A stretch of 64,000 bases of DNA, from positions 352,001-416,000 of the forward strand of contig CAWHDT010000005.1 in NCBI GenBank assembly GCA_963828195.1. The letters are read 5' to 3'. Origin of the DNA: Candidatus Bathyarchaeota archaeon (GTDB lineage: Archaea > Thermoproteota > Bathyarchaeia > Bathyarchaeales > Bathycorpusculaceae). The position numbers and the translations under genes are program-made. Under the pieces are notes generated by a model, which had not been told where the DNA came from, searched no databases, and worked only from the letters and a program-made list of their open reading frames with translations. Shown here in pieces: positions 17,517 through 26,806 of the stretch. How positions within the stretch are numbered: position 1 is the first letter of the stretch; every line of letters begins with the position of its first letter.

Positions 17517-18971
17517 TTAACGGCTTACTGAACTGACGAGGGTTTTCTGTGCATTGAAGACTTCGACGGTAAGCGGCATTTTTCCGAAGGCAGCGTGTGT
17601 TGCGCATCCGAAGCATGGGTCGTAGGCTCTGAAAGCCATTTCAACCATGTTTAGTATGCCTTGGTTGACTTTGCCGTTGTGGATTAAGCCTTTGGCTGCG
17701 TCACGTATGCTCATGCAGATTGCTGGGTAATTGTTGGTGGTTGCAACGATCAGGTTTACGTCTTTGACCAGTGCGTCTTTGTCGAGTGTGTAGTGGTGAA
17801 TAAGTGTGCCTCTTGCTGCTTCGACGATTCCGACGCCTTCCCCTGGTTCGCCGGGGGTGTTGCGGACGTTTGTGCTGGTGATTTCTGGGTCTTTAACCAG
17901 CTCCATGGTTCTTTCTGTGGCGTAGAGCAACTCAATTAATCGTGCCCAGTGGAAAGCCAATGTGCTGTGAACTGGTTTGCCACCCAGTGTCTTGTACATT
18001 ACTTCATATTCAGCTTGAGCTAAAGGCGTAGCCATGCCTTCAGAAGCGTTTAATCGTCCAAGTGGACCCACACGGTAAACGCCACTGTCTGCGCCTGCGA
18101 CCTGTCCTTTCCAGCCGACTGCTTTGAGGTATGGGAACTTGCTGTATGTCCATTCTTCAACGTGTTCGCCAATGTGTTTAAGGTAATCTTTTGACTCGAA
18201 CTTTAGGAATTCTTTGCCAGATGGATCGACAACGCGGATTTTACCGTCGTAAAAGTTGATTTTGTTGTTTTCGTCAACTGTGCCCATGTAGTAAGTTGGC
18301 ATTGTGTACGCTGGGCTTTTGATCAGGTTGACGTATTGGGTGTTGCCGAGTACGATGTCGTGGAAGATTTTAAGTGTGAACTGTGCAAAGTTTATGCATG
18401 AAACAGTCATTTTCTCTATTTCTTGCCTGTTTTCTTCGCTCAGCGGTTTGGAGATTCCGCCGGGCAGCCCACAGACCGGGTGAGTTGCTTTTCCGCCGAT
18501 GATTTCAGTTATTTTTTGTCCGTATGCTCTGTGTTTTATTACTTCTTTTGCTACTGGCAGACCTGCTTTCTCGATGACGCCGAGTATGTTGCGTTTTTCT
18601 GGCGGTGCGTCTGGTCCAACGATGAAGTCTGGTCCGCCGAGGAAGTAGAAGTGCAGTATGTGGTCGTAGATGTAGTAGCCAGTGTACATTAGTTCGCGGA
18701 GTTTCTTTGCGGCTGAGGGTGGTTCAACATTAAATGCTGCGTCCAAGGCTTTTACTGCTGCGTAATGGTGAGCTACTGGACAAACACCGCAGATTCTTGT
18801 TGTAAGCTGAGGCATGAGTTCTGCTCGTCTGCCAATACAGAATTTTTCGAAGCCTCTTAACTCTGGAATTTTAAGGTATGCGTTTTCTACTTCGCCTTGG
18901 TCATTGAGGAATATGGATACGTTTCCGTGTCCTTCAAGCCGTGTGATTGGGTCTATAACTATTTCTTTCAT
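17517..18971 (-). CDS. mvhA: [NiFe] hydrogenase large subunit, group 3c
   Basis: TRLEGHG, RGFEKF, RICGVC, EAARGTL, AYDPCFGCATH plus cleavable C-terminal extension. Confidence 0.93.
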   Translation of the reverse strand: MKEIVIDPITRLEGHGNVSIFLNDQGEVENAYLKIPELRGFEKFCIGRRAELMPQLTTRICGVCPVAHHYAAVKALDAAFNVEPPSAAKKLRELMYTGYYIYDHILHFYFLGGPDFIVGPDAPPEKRNILGVIEKAGLPVAKEVIKHRAYGQKITEIIGGKATHPVCGLPGGISKPLSEENRQEIEKMTVSCINFAQFTLKIFHDIVLGNTQYVNLIKSPAYTMPTYYMGTVDENNKINFYDGKIRVVDPSGKEFLKFESKDYLKHIGEHVEEWTYSKFPYLKAVGWKGQVAGADSGVYRVGPLGRLNASEGMATPLAQAEYEVMYKTLGGKPVHSTLAFHWARLIELLYATERTMELVKDPEITSTNVRNTPGEPGEGVGIVEAARGTLIHHYTLDKDALVKDVNLIVATTNNYPAICMSIRDAAKGLIHNGKVNQGILNMVEMAFRAYDPCFGCATHAAFGKMPLTVEVFNAQKTLVSSVSR

Positions 18972-19957
18972 TTTTTAATCACCTTTCTTTTTAGAATCGA
19001 GTTTGGAAGAGAATACATGTAGAATGTGCCAACGGGATCTTTCACTTGTCTCATCAAAGTCTCAATCTCTTCTTCAGTATATTTTTCTTTCCCTGATTCA
19101 CCATCGTAGCCAAGAATGGAAGCCAGAGCAGAAATCATCGCTGCACCTTGCTCGGGCACATTCGGCGCTGGACCCCCACAACCTGTACAGGGCATATCAA
19201 CTTTTAGGCATTGAGCCCCGCAGCCACTCCGGGTCGCGAGTCCCATGCAGATAATTCCTTGTTCAAGAAGACATTTTTCTGGTTCTGGAGTTTTCTCGTA
19301 GACTCGATAGATTTTGCCGATTTTTTTGTTTTCGCGTTTCCTTGGGCATTCATCACATACTGCTTTTAGTGGAGCGAGCACTGAGCCTTTTGGCGGCAGC
19401 TTGTTGCTTGCTATTGCATCTACTGCGCCTGCAATTAGCTTGACTGGTGGCGGGCAACCTGGGAGGAAATAGTCTACGTCAACTGTTTGCGCCAAGGTTT
19501 TTACTGTGTCGTAAAATTCGGGAATTTTGAGGGTGCCTTCTTTAACTTGGGTTTGAGTTTTAGGTGTGGTAGCTTGCGGATTGATGTTTGATTTGTCCGT
19601 TATGTAGACTTGATCAAAAATTTCTTGTTTATTGTTTAAGTTTGCTAATCCAGGTACGCATCCTTCGTGGGCGCATGATCCGAATGCGACAAGGGTTTTT
19701 GATTTTTCTCTGAGCATTTTAGCCATGTGTTCTTGTTCGGAGTTACGTATTGAACCGTTAAAAAATGTGATGTCAATATATTTGTCAGGCATCGCTTCGA
19801 CATCTTTGTATTTGACGTCGATGGCTACAGGCCAAAACACGATGTCGGCTAATGCTACTACATCAAGGATTCTTTCGTTCAGGTCTAAGACGGCTATTTC
19901 GCAACCGCCGCAACTAGCAGCCCAGTAAAAGGCTATTTTTAACTTGTTTTTACTCAT
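18968..19957 (-). CDS. mvhG: [NiFe] hydrogenase small subunit, copy 1
   Basis: ASCGGC, FGSCA, PGCPP, VCDEC, CLLEQGIICMG, PCTGC. Confidence 0.9.
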   Translation of the reverse strand: MSKNKLKIAFYWAASCGGCEIAVLDLNERILDVVALADIVFWPVAIDVKYKDVEAMPDKYIDITFFNGSIRNSEQEHMAKMLREKSKTLVAFGSCAHEGCVPGLANLNNKQEIFDQVYITDKSNINPQATTPKTQTQVKEGTLKIPEFYDTVKTLAQTVDVDYFLPGCPPPVKLIAGAVDAIASNKLPPKGSVLAPLKAVCDECPRKRENKKIGKIYRVYEKTPEPEKCLLEQGIICMGLATRSGCGAQCLKVDMPCTGCGGPAPNVPEQGAAMISALASILGYDGESGKEKYTEEEIETLMRQVKDPVGTFYMYSLPNSILKRKVIKK

Positions 19958-20846
19958 TTTTGTTTGCTCCCTCAGTTACTTGTTTTAGTATTTTTGATGC
20001 ATTTACTCGGAGTTCGTTGAAGGCTAATTCTTCAGGGGTTAAACCCATTGCTAACCCGAGCAGTTGTGGGTAATGAAGAATTGGAATGCCATATGTTTCA
20101 TTAAACGTTTTCTCTATTCTTAACTCGTTAGTATCATACATTATGTGGCAAAACGGGCAAATTGTGATCAATGCTTGAGCATCCACCATTTTTACGTGGT
20201 TTAGCTTGTCTCTTGCAAGTTGCAACGCAATTTTGTCGCTGACTCCCACGCTTGGAGCACCACAGCACTCAGTTTCGTCAATGTAATCCAAGCAGGTGGC
20301 TCCCGTTGCTTCGATAAGAGTTTTTAGTGTTTGCGGGTCTTCTGGGTTATCAAAGCCAATGTATTCCTGTGGTCTCAGAATGTGGCAGCCATTGTGCTCA
20401 GCTACTTTTAGCGAAGTAAGAGGTCTGACGACGGAGGCTCTTATTTTTTCTAAACCCACATCTTCCTTGAGGAACTGCAACAAGTGTTTTGTTTCAATGG
20501 TTCCTTTGAATTCCAATCCTACTTCTTTTAGATGGCAATTAATTTGCTCTTTTAATGCTTTGTCTTCTTTGAGGATTTTATTCACTTTCTTAAGTGTGCC
20601 CGCGCAGCCTGGACACAGAGTAAGTATATTTAGGCCCTGCTGCTCTGCCAACGCCAAATTCTTTGCAGCCAAAATAAGCATAGTTTCATGGCTTACTGGA
20701 TCTAAAGGTAAACCGCAACAGTTGAATTCGGGCATTTCAACAAGTTCAACGCCAAGTTTCGCAAGGACTTTACGGGCAGAAATCTCGTAGGCTGAGACAC
20801 GATAGGGAATAGCACAACCAAGGAAAATCAGGTATTTATTGGGCAT
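19950..20846 (-). CDS. hdrB: Heterodisulfide reductase subunit B, copy 1
   Basis: Two CCG domains (FLGC..NCCG..CPGC; HNGCH..ECCG..CPFC), HYPQLLGLA. Confidence 0.93.
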   Translation of the reverse strand: MPNKYLIFLGCAIPYRVSAYEISARKVLAKLGVELVEMPEFNCCGLPLDPVSHETMLILAAKNLALAEQQGLNILTLCPGCAGTLKKVNKILKEDKALKEQINCHLKEVGLEFKGTIETKHLLQFLKEDVGLEKIRASVVRPLTSLKVAEHNGCHILRPQEYIGFDNPEDPQTLKTLIEATGATCLDYIDETECCGAPSVGVSDKIALQLARDKLNHVKMVDAQALITICPFCHIMYDTNELRIEKTFNETYGIPILHYPQLLGLAMGLTPEELAFNELRVNASKILKQVTEGANKNE

Positions 20847-21393
20847 TCGGTTGTTCTCCAACTGGTTTTTGGATGGTCTCAACGAATTTTACGCCTTTGA
20901 GCGCTTTACGGACTTTTTCGGCGTCGCCTTTCGGTAGGGGTGGTAAACCTTGGGATTCACGTTTTTTAATTCTTAACTCGGGAATCTTGAAAGCATAGCC
21001 TGATTCGAGAAGACTTGCAGCTTGCTCTTTGAAGACTTGCGGTACGCAGCCTTTTTCTACTGCTAGATTGCGGAAAACTCGGATTACGCTTGCCACTTCA
21101 ACGTCTTGTGGGCAGCGGTCTGTGCATGTGAAGCATGCTGCGCATAACCATAATGTTTCACTTTTGAGCACTCGGTCGCGAAGCCCAAGTTGAGCCATAT
21201 GGATCAGCGTTCGTGGGCGGTAACTGTCGCTGTACCTTGCAACTGGACAGTCTGAGGTGCATGTTCCACATTGGAAGCATTTGAGAATTTTTTCGCTTCC
21301 ATGCATTTTGACCAGTTCATACTTAAATTTCGGGTCTAACTCGGAAGCTCTTATAGGCTCTTTGCCTGATGATGTTTGGGCTGTCTCAGTCAT
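20836..21393 (-). CDS. hdrC: Heterodisulfide reductase subunit C, copy 1
   Basis: [12 protein letters not shown] and [14 protein letters not shown]. Confidence 0.93.
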   Translation of the reverse strand: MTETAQTSSGKEPIRASELDPKFKYELVKMHGSEKILKCFQCGTCTSDCPVARYSDSYRPRTLIHMAQLGLRDRVLKSETLWLCAACFTCTDRCPQDVEVASVIRVFRNLAVEKGCVPQVFKEQAASLLESGYAFKIPELRIKKRESQGLPPLPKGDAEKVRKALKGVKFVETIQKPVGEQPNAQ

Positions 21394-21674
21394 TTTATAA
21401 TTCGCCTTGACTGGTAAGGAAGCGCCTTACATGCTTATTCACCCAAAATGCCCGACTCAACCATTTAAATCTTCAGTAAACACCGACGTTTTTCTTCCAT
21501 GTTCCCAGTCTTGATGCCTTAAACAAGAAAGCTTGGCATATTGAGCCGTGGGCTAAATCCGAAAGTGCGTTTAACATGCTCTAAAAAGAAGGGTCTACCT
21601 ATGAAGGGGTCTAGTATTTACACCAAAAAACCAACACAAATATGGAACTAAAAGAAAGAGTGAAGGGAAACGGT

Positions 21675-23120
21675 TTATCTGACCTTGCGATCGACCAGTT
21701 TGCCGTCTGAATTGATCAGTTTTATGTCAATCGGCATCTGCCCGACTGCATGCGTCGCACAGCTGAGGCATGGGTCGAATGCTCGGATAACGGCTTCAAC
21801 GCGATTGAGCATGCCTTCTTGAAGTTCTTTTGCTTTTACGTATTTTTTGGCTACTTGTGTTATTGCCATGTTGTAGGCGAGGTTGTTGTGTTCTGTTGCG
21901 ATCATCATTGTGTTGGATATGATTAGTCCTTGCTGGTCTACTTTATAATGGTGGATAAGTGTGCCTCTTGGCGCTTCAGCCACGCCGACACCTTCATACG
22001 CGTTTACCATTGCTTTTGATTCCACGTGCTCCGAGAGAATTTCTGGGTCTTCAAGCAGTTTCTTAGCGGTTTCAACGCAGAACAGCAACTCTACCAAACG
22101 TGCATAATGATAGTGGAAGGTGCTTTGAACAACTCCGTTTCTGCCTAGTTTTTTGAATTCTTTTAGTTCTTGATCTGCAAGCGGTGTATCACAGTGTGAA
22201 GCAACGTTAAGTCTGGCTAACGGTCCAACTCGGTATGCTCCATCTGGGTAACCGACGGCTTTGAAGTAGGGAAACTTCATGTACGACCATGGTTCAACAG
22301 CTTCTCCGATGAATTCGTCATAGTCTGTAGGATCAACACATTCTGCCACTACGTTGCCAGTGTAACCCATTATCCGTATTTTGCCATCATAATGTTCCAA
22401 TCCTCCGTCAGGAGTCACTAAACCCATGTAGTAGGTTGGGAAATTACCGAAGTTTTCAACTTCTTCGCTGAATCCATCCAACATTTTCTTGAACAAAGTT
22501 AGGGTTTTTAATGCACTTTCCTGTGCTTCAGGCAAATTAGCTTTTAGGTAATCAGCTCGCTCTTTTGTAAGTGGCCATTTGGCACCACCGGGGATTATCC
22601 AGTCGGCCGAATGAATTCTTTTGCCAGCAACATTCTCTATGATTTCTTGACCGAATTTCCTCAGCCTGATGCCTTGGCGTACAAGTGCTGGGTCTTTCTC
22701 CATTAAACCGAAAACGTTTCTTGATGCTGGGTCAGAATCCATACCTAAAAGGAGGTCAGGTGAGGACAGGTGGTAAAAGTTTAATGCATGCGATTGAATC
22801 AGTTGCCCCATATGCATTAAGCGTCTTAGCATTATCGCTGTTTTTGGCGGGCTAACTCCCACAATTGCGTCGCAGGCTTTAGCTGAAGCTAACAGGTGGC
22901 TCACTGGACAGATACCGCAAGCTCTTGAAGTGATACTGGGCATTTCGTAAAATGGTCTGCCTTCAGTGAATTTTTCGAAACCTCGGAAGTCAGTTACTTG
23001 AAACCTTGCGTTTTTTACAGTATCGTTCTCGTTGAGGAAGATTGTTACTTGAGCGTGTCCCTCTATTCTTGTGATCGGGGCGATTACAATTTGTTTACTA
23101 TCTTTTTGTTCTTTAACCAT
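21675..23120 (-). CDS. hoxH: Bidirectional [NiFe] hydrogenase large subunit (group 3d)
   Basis: [43 protein letters not shown]; in hoxEFUY context. Confidence 0.9.
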   Translation of the reverse strand: MVKEQKDSKQIVIAPITRIEGHAQVTIFLNENDTVKNARFQVTDFRGFEKFTEGRPFYEMPSITSRACGICPVSHLLASAKACDAIVGVSPPKTAIMLRRLMHMGQLIQSHALNFYHLSSPDLLLGMDSDPASRNVFGLMEKDPALVRQGIRLRKFGQEIIENVAGKRIHSADWIIPGGAKWPLTKERADYLKANLPEAQESALKTLTLFKKMLDGFSEEVENFGNFPTYYMGLVTPDGGLEHYDGKIRIMGYTGNVVAECVDPTDYDEFIGEAVEPWSYMKFPYFKAVGYPDGAYRVGPLARLNVASHCDTPLADQELKEFKKLGRNGVVQSTFHYHYARLVELLFCVETAKKLLEDPEILSEHVESKAMVNAYEGVGVAEAPRGTLIHHYKVDQQGLIISNTMMIATEHNNLAYNMAITQVAKKYVKAKELQEGMLNRVEAVIRAFDPCLSCATHAVGQMPIDIKLINSDGKLVDRKVR

Positions 23121-23655
23121 ATTTTGTTTTACCCTCCATTCTGGGTGTTCTGCCTGCTAACAGCTCGGTTAACACGTAGTTAATCAGGTCCGCTGGTGGC
23201 GGGCATCCTGGAATATAGAAATCTACTTTGACGGCTTCATGAAGCGGACGAGCCTTAACTAGCAGTTTTGGCACTTGATCTGGTTTCTGAGCGTTTAAGT
23301 CTGACTTATCAAGGTAGGCTCGCTCGATGATTGCTTTGTCGCTGTGGGGCCAAGCGTTTCTTAGAGCAGTTACATTTCCTGTTACAGCGCAGTCGCCAAG
23401 TGAAATTAAGATTTTAGTGTTTGCTCTGGCTTTCTTAAGCATGGTTAACTGTTCCTCATTAGCTAAGGCACCCTCAATCAAGGTTACGTCAACGTTTTCG
23501 GGGAATTCTTTAATGTCAGCAAGTGGACTATAAACTAATTTTATTTTCTGGGCTAAATCAAAAAGTCTCTCATCCAGATCTAGAAATGACATGTGGCAAC
23601 CTGAACAGCCGCTCAGCCAAATAGTAGCTACTCTAACTTTTTCTGATGTTGTCAT
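23113..23655 (-). CDS. hoxY: Hydrogenase small subunit HoxY
   Basis: WLSGCSGCHMSFLD, GDCAVTGNV, PGCPP; 180 aa, single cluster. Confidence 0.9.
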   Translation of the reverse strand: MTTSEKVRVATIWLSGCSGCHMSFLDLDERLFDLAQKIKLVYSPLADIKEFPENVDVTLIEGALANEEQLTMLKKARANTKILISLGDCAVTGNVTALRNAWPHSDKAIIERAYLDKSDLNAQKPDQVPKLLVKARPLHEAVKVDFYIPGCPPPADLINYVLTELLAGRTPRMEGKTKYG

Positions 23656-24362
23656 TTGCGGTTCCTCCTTGACAGAATAAACTCTGCAACATCTTTATTC
23701 TTAGTATGCCCGATTGGTTCTTCTTCAATATATATTGCTCCCACAGGACAAACTTTCGCGCATTTACGGCAAGAAGTGCAAGAACAAGAATTATCCCAGT
23801 TTTCATCAAGATCCATTATTACTTGAGTGGTTCTTCCTCTTAGTTTGAGGTCAAGTGTATGAACGCCTTCAATTTGGTCGCAGATACGTATGCATCGGGT
23901 GCATAAGATGCAGCGGTTGCGGTCAATAACTAAGAAATCATGGGTGGAATCAACTGGGTCGCAACTCCAGTTTCGTTCAAACATTACATGGTCAACTCCA
24001 AGCTCGTTTGCCAAGGCTTGAAGTTCGCAGTGATCATTGGCAACGCAAACTGAGCATATGTGCGTCCTCTCGGAAAGAAGCATTTGCACCGCCATCTTGC
24101 GGTATTCTTTAAGTCGGTCAGAATTGGTTGTGATTTCCATGTTTGGGCCAACCGGAGTTGTGCAAGCAGGGAAAAGTCTGGATGAACCGCTAATTTCGAC
24201 AAGGCAAAGTCGGCAGCCACCGTAAGGGGTTAAGCCTTCAACATTGCATAAGGTTGGAATCGCGATTCCGTTGTCTTTGGCTGCTTTCAAAATAGTTGTA
24301 CCTTCATTAACGACGACATCTATTCCGTCAATTTTGATGTTAAAAATGGTAATTGAGCCCAT
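23652..24362 (-). CDS. hoxU: Diaphorase Fe-S subunit HoxU
   Basis: IPTLC, GGCRLC, HICSVC..CEL, CILCTRC, CTSCRKCAKVCP. Confidence 0.9.
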   Translation of the reverse strand: MGSITIFNIKIDGIDVVVNEGTTILKAAKDNGIAIPTLCNVEGLTPYGGCRLCLVEISGSSRLFPACTTPVGPNMEITTNSDRLKEYRKMAVQMLLSERTHICSVCVANDHCELQALANELGVDHVMFERNWSCDPVDSTHDFLVIDRNRCILCTRCIRICDQIEGVHTLDLKLRGRTTQVIMDLDENWDNSCSCTSCRKCAKVCPVGAIYIEEEPIGHTKNKDVAEFILSRRNRK

Positions 24363-24364
24363 GC

Positions 24365-26020
24365 TTATTCCTCCTCATGCTTTTTGAAACATTTGCCAGC
24401 GTCACATTTCTTGTCCACTATATGTTTAATGTAATCGTCTTTGTAGTATCGAAGCGTGGTTATTACCGGATTAGGCGCTGTTTGCCCAAGACCGCAAAGG
24501 CTTGCATCCCTGATGAAAACACTGGCTTTCTCCAGAGCTGAAATATCATCCATTTTTCCGTCACCAGCCGTAATTCGCTCATATATTTCTAAGACCCTAG
24601 CTAACCCCGATCTGCAAGGTGTGCATTTGCCACATGATTCATCAACACAGAAATCGGTGAAAAACTTCGCTGTATCAACCATGCAAGATTGGTCGTCAAG
24701 CACAACAATTCCGCCTGAACCCATAATTGCTCCTGCTTTGTTTAATGATTCGTAGTCTATCGGCAAATCTAGCATGATATCTGGTAAGCAACCGCCTGAA
24801 GGACCGCCAACCAACACAGATCGAAATGCTCGATTGTTTGGAATACCCCCGCCGATTTCGAATACTACCTCTCGCAAACTAATACCCATCGGAACCTCAA
24901 TAAGACCAGGATTTTTAATCTGACCCGTTAGTGAAAACACTTTTGTCCCTGGACATTTTGGCGTGCCAAGTTTTGCAAACCATGCGCTACCGTTGACTAT
25001 TATTTGCGGTATATTTGCGAGAGTTTCGACATTTTGGATAAGCGTTGGCTTCTTCCATAAACCAGAGTTTGCTGGATACGGCGGACGGGGTCGAGGCATA
25101 GCTCTTTGACCTTCAACAGATGCAAGAATGGCTGTTTCCTCACCTGCAACGAACGCACCTGCACCATATCTAAGCTCAATGTCAAAATCGAACCCCGTTT
25201 CAAGAATGTCCTCACCTAGCAGTGATAGGGCTTTTGCTTGGTTTATAGCGTTCTTTAGCGTTTGAATTGCCAATGGGTATTCTGCCCTGATGTAAATGAA
25301 GCCTTTTTCGGCTCCCACAGAATAAGCTGCGATGAGCATGCCTTCAAGTATGGAGTGTGGGTCAGCCTCAGCTAAAGATCTGTTAGCGAATACTCCCGGG
25401 TCGCCTTCATCTAAGTTGGCAACGATGTATTTGGGTGTTCCATGAGCACGTGCAACTAGGCTCCATTTTTGACCCGTGGGGAAACCCGCTCCGCCTCTGC
25501 CGCGCAATCCGCTTGCAAGAACTTCACTTATTACACCTTGGGGGGTCATTTGGGTTAAGCATTTGATAAATGCATTATATCCGCCGGCATGTATGTAGTC
25601 TTCAATTCTGTGTGGGTCGATTTTTCCCGCATTTTTTAGAACGTGACGTTGTTGTTTCTTAAAGAAGCCTTCATCTTTGTACAACTGTTCTTGCATCGGT
25701 AAGCCTAAAACAATGTGGTCCCGAACTATCTCCCGTGCATTTTGGGGTGTAGCGCTATGATAAAGGTAGTCTCCCGGTTCGATAATTACTGCTGAACACA
25801 ACGAACAGGTGCCTATGCAGCCTGTTTTGGCAACTTTTACTTCTTTTTCAACGCCTAATTCTTTAACCGCGTTTTGAAACGCCTTGAATAGTTGTACAGC
25901 GCCAAATCTCTCGTGGCCACTTGAGCAACATACGTTTATTCTATGCTTATAGGCTCTTTCGTATTCAAGTTCGTTTTCGGCTATTTGTTGTATATCAGCT
26001 GGCTTCAACTTTTTGCTCAC
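24365..26020 (-). CDS. hoxF: Diaphorase flavoprotein HoxF (NuoF family)
   Basis: LRGRGGAGFPTG, DEGDPG, GEETA, GGPSGG, SCGKCTPCR, SLCGLG. Confidence 0.9.
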   Translation of the reverse strand: MSKKLKPADIQQIAENELEYERAYKHRINVCCSSGHERFGAVQLFKAFQNAVKELGVEKEVKVAKTGCIGTCSLCSAVIIEPGDYLYHSATPQNAREIVRDHIVLGLPMQEQLYKDEGFFKKQQRHVLKNAGKIDPHRIEDYIHAGGYNAFIKCLTQMTPQGVISEVLASGLRGRGGAGFPTGQKWSLVARAHGTPKYIVANLDEGDPGVFANRSLAEADPHSILEGMLIAAYSVGAEKGFIYIRAEYPLAIQTLKNAINQAKALSLLGEDILETGFDFDIELRYGAGAFVAGEETAILASVEGQRAMPRPRPPYPANSGLWKKPTLIQNVETLANIPQIIVNGSAWFAKLGTPKCPGTKVFSLTGQIKNPGLIEVPMGISLREVVFEIGGGIPNNRAFRSVLVGGPSGGCLPDIMLDLPIDYESLNKAGAIMGSGGIVVLDDQSCMVDTAKFFTDFCVDESCGKCTPCRSGLARVLEIYERITAGDGKMDDISALEKASVFIRDASLCGLGQTAPNPVITTLRYYKDDYIKHIVDKKCDAGKCFKKHEEE

Positions 26021-26489
26021 CTTTAAGTACTTCTTTTATTTTTTGTATAACTTGTTCTTTTGTGGCTTTACCGATAACCTGATCGTCAACAACTATGTTT
26101 GGTGCCATAGCGCATGCGCCGATGCAGCGTGTTAGAAGAAGGGAGAGTTTTCCATCGGCAGTTGAGCCGCCGCGTTTGAGATCAAACTCTTTTTCTATGG
26201 CTGTCATGATTTCATCAACTCCTTTGACGTAGCAGGCGGTTCCTAAGCAGCCGGTTACGACGTGTTGACCTGGCTTTCTAAGCTTAAACAGGCTATAGAA
26301 AGTTGCGACGCCATAAATGTGGCTGGGAGGAAGGTTCAAAGAACCAGCAATATCTGTGAGTAAGTCTTTATCTAGATATCCATAAATTTCTTGGGCTCGA
26401 TTAAGGATTTCTAGAAGGGCGCTTTCTTGATAATTGTGTTCTTTCAAAACTTTTTCAAGCATTAAACGTCTCTCATCATTTTCAACCAA
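25995..26489 (-). CDS. hoxE: HoxE (NuoE family 2Fe-2S subunit)
   Basis: GVATFY, CLGTACYV, CIGAC. Confidence 0.88.
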   Translation of the reverse strand: MVENDERRLMLEKVLKEHNYQESALLEILNRAQEIYGYLDKDLLTDIAGSLNLPPSHIYGVATFYSLFKLRKPGQHVVTGCLGTACYVKGVDEIMTAIEKEFDLKRGGSTADGKLSLLLTRCIGACAMAPNIVVDDQVIGKATKEQVIQKIKEVLKGEQKVEAS

Positions 26490-26806
26490 ACTTTGATCCT
26501 CCTTTTAAATTACGGGGAATCATAGGCAATCGGTAGCCATCTCTGAAGACCCTAGTATAAAAGTGTAGAGGGTCGATTCAACAAATTTTAACAAACACCG
26601 AATATAAAACCAGCTTTTTAACAAATGACTCTCAATTTGCTAGGGATTGGAGAATGCAGACATAAACTCACCCCTTTCTGTTTTTAAGACCAATTTATTG
26701 GTCTATTTGTGCGCTTTTGGCAAGAGAATTAGTTACATTAAGCAAATGAACTAAACTAAAGAATGTGCACAGTATCAAGGGAAAACTTTACCAATTCCGT
26801 AAATAG

